From: a virus
Taxonomy: Duplodnaviria > Caudoviricetes
Reading direction: 5' to 3' (one strand)
DNA length: 25,202 nt
IMG/VR virus record: IMGVR_UViG_3300034072_000011
Coordinates: 1 to 25,202 of that record
Positions within the stretch are counted from its first letter, which is position 1; every line of letters starts with the position of its first letter. Shown in pieces: positions 17,376-24,687 of the stretch. The position numbers and the translations under genes are program-made. The notes beneath the pieces were generated by a model, which saw only the letters and a list, made by a program, of their open reading frames with translations, ran no database searches and was not told the origin of the DNA.

Positions 17376-19006
17376 AAAAGTCCTTTAGCCTTCTTTTTAG
17401 GGATTCGTGACTCGTTCAGAGCCTCTAAGAAATCTTCCCCGTACTTGTTGACAGCCTTCTTGCGAATGACGTATTCGCCTACTTGCAGGCTTGCGTAACC
17501 ATCGTCAGGGCTGTCAGGCTTTGGCCCAAGCAATCCTTTGACTTTCCCGCCTTTCTCATAAGCAATCTTATCTGGCGTGATCTTCCCGCCCATGTAGCTT
17601 GCTTGGCGTATATCATCGCCAGGAAGAGCCTCGCCGCCGTAACTTTGGCCTGTCTGCGCCTCGTAAGCCTTCTGTAGCGCAGCCTTATCAAATATTCCAG
17701 GCGTAAACACTGGCTTGGTTCCGGTAGCAACAGGGACACCAAATTCTAATGACTGAGGGAGCAAACGTGTATATCCCGCTGCCCCTGACTTGAACATAAA
17801 CGGGGCTTGTTCAGTTGGGCCAGCACCGTAAAAGAAGTCATTAGTTGGTGTTGCAAGACTCGTATTCCCACCGCCAACAGTAAACGGCACAAAGTTAGCA
17901 GTAGGTATCTGAACGCCACTTAATGCAGTATCAATCACGCTAGCAGGCACATTCTGCGACATCGCGTACTGCCTAATCATCTGCGCCGATACGTTTGGAT
18001 TGTCCTTAAATAGATTTTGTATGTACGGAATCATTTCTGCGCTTGTATACGCAGATAAAGGCTTTGTGTTGTTTACAGGCTGATTGACTACGGGTTGCTG
18101 TACAACCGGAGCCTTTGGAAAATTAAGGCTTGCAACCAATGCAGCCATTTGGCTATCAGGGACACCTTGTTGACCAGCAAACACTCTGAACTCATCTGGC
18201 GTTAAATACTTGCCAGCCGCCTGTTGTTGCGAGATCAGGTTCTGAGCAAACGGAACCATCTCGGTAAACGTATAGTCGGCCATCGTTTTGTCTACGATGT
18301 TCCCAGAGGCATCTAACTTTTGCCAGGACTGTATGGTTGGAGCAGTCACGGTTGTAGTTCCCTGGTTGACTTGTTGGTTTACGGTCTGGTTTGTTGTCTG
18401 ATTTTGGTCTATTGGTTGTGAAATGGTATTAACGACATCCGTTACGGTCACAGGCTTGATTGCATCGTCAACCGCTTTCAGCAGATTAGCGTCGGTTACA
18501 CCCAAAGCCTTGAGTTTGTCGCTTCCAAACTTGTTCGAAACGTACCAATCAAACTGTTGCTGAGGTGTCATCACAAACCACGATGAAGGCAAGTTAATGC
18601 CTATGGCTTGCGCGTCTGTGCGTAGCTTTTGCTGCGCGTTTATTGCTGTTTGATAGTTGTTTCTATCGGACTCGCTGTTGAACGGAGTGCCATCTGTTGC
18701 CGTGTATACCGGAGGAGGTTGGTAAACAGGTGGTGGCTCGTACGGAGGCTCGTACGGAGGCTCGTAAGACGGTGGCGGTTCTTCTTGCGGTGCTGGAGCA
18801 AAAACATCCGACACGGCAGACCTAGCCACATCAGGACTAAAACCTAACATGTTTGTTAGGCCAAAGTACAAAAGGGTGTCTGGGTTTGTGTTGGAGATTA
18901 GACCTTGATTGAGAAGATACTGAACGTCTGCGCTGTTAGGGTTTGAGAAGTACTGATCGACAAACGCCCTAAGCTGATCCGTTGTATATCCGTTGTATGT
19001 AGCCAT
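17372..19006 (-). CDS. 544-aa accessory protein, probably internal to the virion; function unknown
   Basis: Long in-operon ORF between portal and scaffold. Helical repeats, Pro/Gln linkers and a C-terminal GG-x-V...D...L-x-x-GEYV...V...G...L-x-x-LN module. Confidence 0.8.
   Translation of the reverse strand: MATYNGYTTDQLRAFVDQYFSNPNSADVQYLLNQGLISNTNPDTLLYFGLTNMLGFSPDVARSAVSDVFAPAPQEEPPPSYEPPYEPPYEPPPVYQPPPVYTATDGTPFNSESDRNNYQTAINAQQKLRTDAQAIGINLPSSWFVMTPQQQFDWYVSNKFGSDKLKALGVTDANLLKAVDDAIKPVTVTDVVNTISQPIDQNQTTNQTVNQQVNQGTTTVTAPTIQSWQKLDASGNIVDKTMADYTFTEMVPFAQNLISQQQAAGKYLTPDEFRVFAGQQGVPDSQMAALVASLNFPKAPVVQQPVVNQPVNNTKPLSAYTSAEMIPYIQNLFKDNPNVSAQMIRQYAMSQNVPASVIDTALSGVQIPTANFVPFTVGGGNTSLATPTNDFFYGAGPTEQAPFMFKSGAAGYTRLLPQSLEFGVPVATGTKPVFTPGIFDKAALQKAYEAQTGQSYGGEALPGDDIRQASYMGGKITPDKIAYEKGGKVKGLLGPKPDSPDDGYASLQVGEYVIRKKAVNKYGEDFLEALNESRIPKKKAKGLL
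18735..18766. repeat. 12-bp tandem repeat GGCTCGTACGGA (2.7 copies) encoding (YEPP)n
   Basis: ggctcgtacgga ggctcgtacgga ggctcgta read directly. Confidence 0.9.
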
Positions 19007-19009
19007 GAT

Positions 19010-20980
19010 TTACCCTGGTATCTCGACGTTGCCAGTAATACCCGCGCCAACCTTCATTGCCTTCATCTGCGCTTCTGCCTCAAACTCCATACGCTTGAGT
19101 TCTAACTCAGCCAAAGCCTTCTCTCTTGCAAGTTGAATATCGGCCATAGCTTTCTGACGCTTGATCTCGATGTCTGCCTGGGCTTGAGCCATCATCATTT
19201 GAATAGCAGGGTCTGGGCCTTGTTGTTGTTGGGGTTGTGCAAGTGCAGCATCGACCTCTGGGCCTACAGGCTTGAAGAACTCTGCTGAATCTGGGAACCC
19301 TGCCGCCTCAATCAACTTTCCTAATACTGATCTGTACTGCGAGACACTTACTAAAGGATTGTTCGGGCCGTACGCTTGAATGATCTGCTCTTGCTTGGAC
19401 AGAACCATTGAGAGCATGGCCATCTTTTGCTCCATGCTCCCCGTACCAAGTCCGACATTCACTGACACATCGTATTGGTTCGACCACTCTCTTGGGTCGT
19501 ACTGGACGTACTGCCCGCGCATCCGAATCAAAACTGCTTTGTCCTGGTACTTGCATAAGAGGTGTAAGAGTCCTTTGAATAAGTCTTTTACGCCTGTTTC
19601 TGCAAAGATCCTAGCGATGAGTTCAATCTTGCCTTGTGAGGCTTGCGTAAGGGCCGCTATGGCCGCAGCAGTCACGTTTTGAAGGATGTTAGGGTCAAGA
19701 CCCTGAGAGGCTTCTGTAACGCCTGTGCGTTTAGCCTGTACTTGATCGAGGTACTCTAAAAGAGGGAAGGCTTGCTGACCGACAGGAGGTGTCGTAATCG
19801 GAACCAGTGCGGCAGGGTTCTTCATCCTCACCACACCTCCAGGTGTAACGCTTAAGAGGTCATCGAGGTTGACCTGACCTTCAACAGCACCCATGCGGGT
19901 ATTGTTCTGAAGGTACAGGTTATCGAGCATCTGACGGGTTACAGTAGTCTTGATAAGCTGGAGATCAACTGTACGATCAGCAGGGCAATCCCCAAAAAAG
20001 CGATGAGGAATCGGAATAGGACAGATGGAGTAAAACGGAACATAATCGGTTTCCTCGTTGCTTAGGATTTCATTCCCAGAAAAATGCACCCGTCTTAGTT
20101 CTGCAATCCCATCTCCGTCATAGTCAGTCTTTAGGTAGCACTCAAAAACCTCAACCGTCTGCATGGACTTATCAAGACTCGGCTCCATGTAGGGTTGCTC
20201 GTCTCGGTTATATCGAGCGATATATTCGGCACTAAACTCCAGGTCGTTGTAAACCGGAAGGTTCATCACGATCTCTGGATCGAACCCCATCGCCACAAGA
20301 TCAGACCTCGTGATGAGTTTCCTGTGTGCAACAAAAGGCGTGTCCCTTACGGTCTTTCCTGCCTTGGAGATCAAGAACTCCTCTGGAGGCACGTTCTCGA
20401 CCTTGATCTTTCCGGCCTTGGTTTTCTTCATGAGTGCGACGTTATGAACACGCATGACTTGACCGTCCATGTCCTGCTCTATCGTCTCCTGCGCTGCGAT
20501 CTCCATCGTCCCGTCAGACATAAGCATGGCTAGCTCATCGTCTGTCAGATTGGCGTACTGTTCTTTCGTGACAGAAATAGAGTCATCCCAGTAAGCCTTG
20601 ATAACACCGACCTTCTGCAAGATCGCGTCCTTAAACCAATCGTGCATGATTGAGATGCCTGGGTTCTGCTTCATCAGCACCCAGTTGCAATACTCGGTGG
20701 CTTGCATGGCCATAGGTTCATCACCTGGGCCTACAGGCTCGAAAACACCGATCTGGTCAGCAGACGTAAACAAACGCATGAGAGGCGGAAGCATCCCGTC
20801 GATAGCCTCTGCAACCTCCCCAGTTACGATCTGGCTGCGACCCTCTACCTCGTTGCCATAGGGATCACGCATGTAGGCCGTAAGCGCGTTTTTCCGCTGC
20901 TCGACCGTCTCGGTCTCCAAGAAACCTATCGCGTTATCAATCTCACCTTGGAGAATCGCCTTTAATCGTCCGTCATCCAT
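19010..20980 (-). CDS. Portal protein (P22-like)
   Basis: 656 aa immediately after TerL; YGNEVEGRSQIV, VPPEEFLIS, PIPHRFFG motifs and a C-terminal Gln-rich coiled coil. Confidence 0.93.
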   Translation of the reverse strand: MDDGRLKAILQGEIDNAIGFLETETVEQRKNALTAYMRDPYGNEVEGRSQIVTGEVAEAIDGMLPPLMRLFTSADQIGVFEPVGPGDEPMAMQATEYCNWVLMKQNPGISIMHDWFKDAILQKVGVIKAYWDDSISVTKEQYANLTDDELAMLMSDGTMEIAAQETIEQDMDGQVMRVHNVALMKKTKAGKIKVENVPPEEFLISKAGKTVRDTPFVAHRKLITRSDLVAMGFDPEIVMNLPVYNDLEFSAEYIARYNRDEQPYMEPSLDKSMQTVEVFECYLKTDYDGDGIAELRRVHFSGNEILSNEETDYVPFYSICPIPIPHRFFGDCPADRTVDLQLIKTTVTRQMLDNLYLQNNTRMGAVEGQVNLDDLLSVTPGGVVRMKNPAALVPITTPPVGQQAFPLLEYLDQVQAKRTGVTEASQGLDPNILQNVTAAAIAALTQASQGKIELIARIFAETGVKDLFKGLLHLLCKYQDKAVLIRMRGQYVQYDPREWSNQYDVSVNVGLGTGSMEQKMAMLSMVLSKQEQIIQAYGPNNPLVSVSQYRSVLGKLIEAAGFPDSAEFFKPVGPEVDAALAQPQQQQGPDPAIQMMMAQAQADIEIKRQKAMADIQLAREKALAELELKRMEFEAEAQMKAMKVGAGITGNVEIPG

Positions 20981-22237
20981 TTAGACCACCCAAGATACGT
21001 TAGGTTTCAGCGGCTTAGACCAACTTGTGTTCTCTGACATGCCAACCGCAAGATACCGAAATGCGTCGCTCGCATGAGATGCCCAGTCATGTAAAGGCTT
21101 ATCCCAGTAGACTTGACGCTTATCGTCGTATTGTCGCCGATAATTCCTAAGTGCGTCCACTCCGCGCTTAGTCTTGGAGTCAAACCAACAATAAGGGATC
21201 AGCCTTCTCACAGCCTGTATCCCATCGTCAACACCCATTCTCGGCACAATCGTGATATTCAGCCCTGCTTCTTGTAGGAGTTCCATCCTCGAGCGACCAG
21301 TGCCTAGCTCTCTGACTTGAACATCGTGGGGCAGTAACTGCTCGGCTAACTCATAGTGGTTTGTTCTCAGCCAGTTCACATACCAATCGAGTCCTTGACC
21401 GTGGTTCTCCACAAAGTCAATAAGTCGTGTCTCTAGGCCTACTCTTTGACAGACCCAGATCGCAGTGGAATCACCTATACCTAAGTCCCAGGCACAGTAA
21501 GTCTTAGCTAAACCATCTACAGGGATGTCGTGGAACCTTTCAGACGGTAGCTCATTGAGAAGTTGCCCGTAGTAGCTACCTTCGATTGCTGAGTCGAAGG
21601 AACACTCAAACTCCTGCAGGTACTTGTCGTCTCCCATCTCGGACTTGGCTGCATCGAGTTCAGTCTGAGGGATAAGACCAGTTTCGGATGCTCGGAACTC
21701 AAGCAAGGCCCAATCGTTATGCTCTGACGCATGGTCTCTCAGGGTCTTAAAGTGGTTGTTTCCCTTGGGGGTTCCGAGGAATAACGCCCATCCCATCCTG
21801 TCTGATAAGGCCGGACGAACCACTTCCGACCAAATTTTAGGGTTCTGATCCCCGAACTCGTCGAATACAACCCCGTCAAAATACTGTCCTCTAAGAGAGT
21901 CTGGGTTATCAGACCCCGCAAGTTGGATGCGTCTGCCCCAGAAATCAACCCTAAGTTCTGCAATATTGGCAGTGGCGTTAAGGGGCTCGGTAAACTTGAG
22001 GAGGTAGTCCCAGATGACTCGCTTGGTCTGAGAATAAGTGGGCCCGATGAACGCATATCTTGGAGCCTCGCGTTGATTCTCTATCGCGGACTTGATGATG
22101 TGGTTAACGGCACTGACCGACTTTCCGCATCTCCGGTGAGCAACAACAACCCCGAATCGCTTGTCTGTAAGCGCATGGTGGATCTGTAGCTGTTGCGCTC
22201 GCGGTGCATACGGAATGATTATTCTGGTTGCGCCCAT
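20981..22237 (-). CDS. terL: Terminase large subunit
   Basis: Walker A (AHRRCGKS), Walker B (VVFDE), GTPKG coupling motif, nuclease motifs WDLG and HASDAFRY. Confidence 0.96.
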   Translation of the reverse strand: MGATRIIIPYAPRAQQLQIHHALTDKRFGVVVAHRRCGKSVSAVNHIIKSAIENQREAPRYAFIGPTYSQTKRVIWDYLLKFTEPLNATANIAELRVDFWGRRIQLAGSDNPDSLRGQYFDGVVFDEFGDQNPKIWSEVVRPALSDRMGWALFLGTPKGNNHFKTLRDHASEHNDWALLEFRASETGLIPQTELDAAKSEMGDDKYLQEFECSFDSAIEGSYYGQLLNELPSERFHDIPVDGLAKTYCAWDLGIGDSTAIWVCQRVGLETRLIDFVENHGQGLDWYVNWLRTNHYELAEQLLPHDVQVRELGTGRSRMELLQEAGLNITIVPRMGVDDGIQAVRRLIPYCWFDSKTKRGVDALRNYRRQYDDKRQVYWDKPLHDWASHASDAFRYLAVGMSENTSWSKPLKPNVSWVV

Positions 22238-22524
22238 GTCACTTGCAAAGCAACTGGTTGCCCGTCCTGACCTGTTACCTCTGTCCTCGCTAGCTTGGGA
22301 ATGTGGTACTCAATAGCCCTGAGATAAATATCACAAGCCTTTTCTGGGCTCTTCTGCGCTACTTCGTCTAGCCACATAGCAAAACGAGGTGCGTTTAGTT
22401 CCGCCATCTTAGCGATAGCCTCTCTCACCGCAGCAGTGCTCTTGTTAGGCACTCCCTTAGCCCTCCCCATGCCAGCGGCAGGAGGTAGCCTTCTATCAGC
22501 ATCTTGCAATAGTTTGTTGTCCAT
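22219..22524 (-). CDS. terS: Terminase small subunit
   Basis: GRAKGVPNK motif, C-terminal EVTGQDGQPV strand, overlaps the terL start. Confidence 0.75.
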   Translation of the reverse strand: MDNKLLQDADRRLPPAAGMGRAKGVPNKSTAAVREAIAKMAELNAPRFAMWLDEVAQKSPEKACDIYLRAIEYHIPKLARTEVTGQDGQPVALQVTWAQPE

Positions 22525-22530
22525 ATGTTG

Positions 22531-23676
22531 TTACTGTGCAACACCTTGACCAAGTAGCCCCGATCGTCTTAGCTCTTCTTCGTCTATGACTACAGGCCTA
22601 CCGTTTACTTCCATGATTCTTAGTTTACTTTCTTCGCCTGGGAATACTACAAAGTTACTTGTACCGCCTTTAGTGCGAGATCCTTCGTCTAAATAGCGAA
22701 CCCCAGGTATTCCAGCCTGTTTTAATTTAGCCTCTGTTTGGCCGCCCTTCCCAAAAACATCAAAAATAGTTTTCCCAGGCATATCCCATATGTTTTTGTA
22801 AATGCCTTTAGTCAATCCTCTCCGCTCAAGATCAGCAAAAGTATCGAGAATAGGCCTTCCGTTTTCGTCTATGAACTTCTTAACTTCTTTCGATTGCTGA
22901 CTCAGCGGCTTATCCCAATCTAGCATCTTTGCTATTTGTTCGTCTGGTAGGTCTACTGAATACATTTGGCCGCTTGCTGATTTAGGAGAAAGTTTGTCAA
23001 CCGCATCAGCCAATGCGTTATAAGTCCTTCCATATTTAGAAGTCCTTATTTCCTGAGAAATTTCTGATGAAGGTTTGCCCATTATTAAGTCGCGCACAAC
23101 TTCATTTGCTTTAGCGCGATAAGCAGACTCTAAATTTTTTGGTATGTCTCCAGATTGCTTAAATAATTCATCGACTAAATCCGACGATCTAATAACACCT
23201 TTTGATGTGTCATACATATTCGCAGAAGTACTTGCTTTGTACTGCCCAGCAACATTAGGACTTTCAGCAAAGTACAACCCATGCCCGTAAGCCTGTGCTC
23301 CCTCGCCCGTTCCGATCTTACTTGCGTCAAACTTACTAAACCTATGCGGAGAACCGTGAAACACAGTAAGCGGACTCAGCAAACTTCCTGCTCGCTGTGC
23401 GCTTGCCATCGTAGAAGCAGCAGCAAAGGGTAATACCGACCCGTACAGTTGACTAGCAACACTTGCCTGCTCGCCTAGTCTGTAAGCATCAGACATCTGC
23501 TGTGCTTGTGGATCCATTACCGAATACGTCGGTTGTCTACCTGTAAACCCTAGTAGACCCTGTGCTACAGGACTCGTCTGCCCGTACCCTGGAAGCGAAC
23601 TAACACCTCTCGGCAACTGCTCCGGCAACGGAGGCAGGAACTTCTCTTCGTCCAGCAGACCCTTTCTGCGCTTCAC
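22531..23676 (-). CDS. ADP-ribosyltransferase-like protein (ART-PolyVal-type domain) with a low-complexity N-terminal leader
   Basis: VFHGSPHRFSKFD...GTGEGAQAYGHGLYFAE...A-x-x-Y, YSVDLPD and GIPGVRYLD...NFVVF match the H-G-S / G-x-Y-F / terminal strand layout of ART domains in phage polyvalent proteins. GTG start in a GTGA overlap. Confidence 0.7.
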   Translation of the reverse strand: MKRRKGLLDEEKFLPPLPEQLPRGVSSLPGYGQTSPVAQGLLGFTGRQPTYSVMDPQAQQMSDAYRLGEQASVASQLYGSVLPFAAASTMASAQRAGSLLSPLTVFHGSPHRFSKFDASKIGTGEGAQAYGHGLYFAESPNVAGQYKASTSANMYDTSKGVIRSSDLVDELFKQSGDIPKNLESAYRAKANEVVRDLIMGKPSSEISQEIRTSKYGRTYNALADAVDKLSPKSASGQMYSVDLPDEQIAKMLDWDKPLSQQSKEVKKFIDENGRPILDTFADLERRGLTKGIYKNIWDMPGKTIFDVFGKGGQTEAKLKQAGIPGVRYLDEGSRTKGGTSNFVVFPGEESKLRIMEVNGRPVVIDEEELRRSGLLGQGVAQ

Positions 23677-23969
23677 TTCTTGTTCCTCGCCGAGATCGCC
23701 TTTGCTTTTGACCTTGCATCTTCCTTACTGCTCGCACCCCATGCCTTCAGACTTAAAAGAAGTCTAGTAGGGCTACCATCAGGCTTACGCTCTGGCCCTG
23801 GCATGTTACCCATCCTCGCTAGGAAAGACGCTCTACGCGGGTTATCACCGCTTTTAACAGGAGCCTTCAAGTTAGAGCCAGGGTTAGCAGCCTCGTAGGA
23901 CTTTCTGCCCTTCTCGTTCAGGCCACCCTTAGCGTTCTTACCCTCTTTGCGAGTCCAAGCTGCAGTCAT
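23673..23969 (-). CDS. Small basic phage protein (resembles DUF6321)
   Basis: AWTRKEGKNAKGGLNEKGR...RRASFLARM; coupled to neighbours at both ends. Family name is from recall. Confidence 0.8.
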   Translation of the reverse strand: MTAAWTRKEGKNAKGGLNEKGRKSYEAANPGSNLKAPVKSGDNPRRASFLARMGNMPGPERKPDGSPTRLLLSLKAWGASSKEDARSKAKAISARNKK

Positions 23970-24121
23970 TTCTTAGCCGTTTTAGCTGATTCTTTGAAAG
24001 CCTTAGCCGTAGGTGCGCCAGGACTCCCAGGCTTACGCATACGCTCAGGAGTCTTGCCAGCAGCCTTCTGTTTCTCTATACGCTCGCGTTTAGCGTGGAT
24101 ATTTGCGTACAAGCCTTTCAT
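23966..24121 (-). CDS. 51-aa basic protein MKGLYANIHAKRERIEKQKAAGKTPERMRKPGSPGAPTAKAFKESAKTAKK (absent from the ORF track)
   Basis: Manual translation; fills the gap exactly, with ATGA overlaps at both ends. Confidence 0.88.
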   Translation of the reverse strand: MKGLYANIHAKRERIEKQKAAGKTPERMRKPGSPGAPTAKAFKESAKTAKK

Positions 24122-24270
24122 TTTTTCCTAGCCTTTCCTGCCTCAGATAAGGCAATAGCGATAGCCTGCTTAGGGTTCGTTACCTCTGGGCCTTTCTTGC
24201 TTCCAGAATGCAACTTACCCTTTTTGAACTCAGTCATCACTTTCGAGATCTTCTTCTCCGCCTTCTTCAT
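24118..24270 (-). CDS. 50-aa basic protein (resembles DUF6496)
   Basis: MKKAEKKISKVMTEFKKGKLHSG...KQAIAIALSEAG; GGGAG upstream of the ATG at 24270, so shorter than the ORF-track call. Family name is from recall. Confidence 0.85.
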   Translation of the reverse strand: MKKAEKKISKVMTEFKKGKLHSGSKKGPEVTNPKQAIAIALSEAGKARKK

Positions 24271-24613
24271 CGCCCATCTCCCAAGAAGCGCAAGACTTGT
24301 CCGGCGCACACATAAAGTCCCACTGATGACAATAACCAACACCCTCTGGCAGGCAATCTTCCATGTCCATGTCGAAGTATTCGCAATTACCGCAACGCCT
24401 TTCCTTGGCCTGACTCGCAGAGATGCGCCACTTTGCGCCTAAGTCTCTCCAGAATTGCGTATCACCCTCTCGCTCAGGGCCATACATTGCCTTCTCTTTT
24501 GCGATTGCTTTGTTTTCTTCGTTCAAGGCCTCGTCTTGCGTGGGAAGCGGACAACTCTCGTCCGTTTCTTCCTTGATGACAATCATGACCTTCGGGGAAA
24601 GCAAGCCTTTCAT
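24230..24613 (-). CDS. Cys-rich acidic protein, HiPIP-like metal/Fe-S-binding candidate
   Basis: Seven Cys residues; CGNCEYF...GYC...C...SCASW spacing resembles the HiPIP C-x2-C...C...C-x2-W pattern. Confidence 0.65.
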   Translation of the reverse strand: MKGLLSPKVMIVIKEETDESCPLPTQDEALNEENKAIAKEKAMYGPEREGDTQFWRDLGAKWRISASQAKERRCGNCEYFDMDMEDCLPEGVGYCHQWDFMCAPDKSCASWEMGDEEGGEEDLESDD

Positions 24614-24687
24614 TTTTTGGCCTTTTGTGGTTGCAAAGGAATGCCTACTTTCCGGTCGTACCTAATGGGTACAGGAGGCACTTTCAT
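24610..24687 (-). CDS. 25-aa micropeptide MKVPPVPIRYDRKVGIPLQPQKAKK
   Basis: Manual translation; spans the gap exactly, with ATGA overlaps with both neighbours. Confidence 0.65.
   Translation of the reverse strand: MKVPPVPIRYDRKVGIPLQPQKAKK

Noticed and set aside
18700-18790. PPxY motifs as eukaryotic WW-binding viral late domains
   Set aside because: The context is a bacteriophage; a Pro-rich linker repeat explains them.
20981-22237. Intron or intein in terL
   Set aside because: Uninterrupted 418-aa ORF with normally spaced motifs.
12208-24342. Longer N-termini in the ORF track (starts at 12258, 14281, 14945, 24342)
   Set aside because: Downstream starts (12207, 14272, 14894, 24270) give ATGA coupling or better SD spacing and avoid long overlaps.
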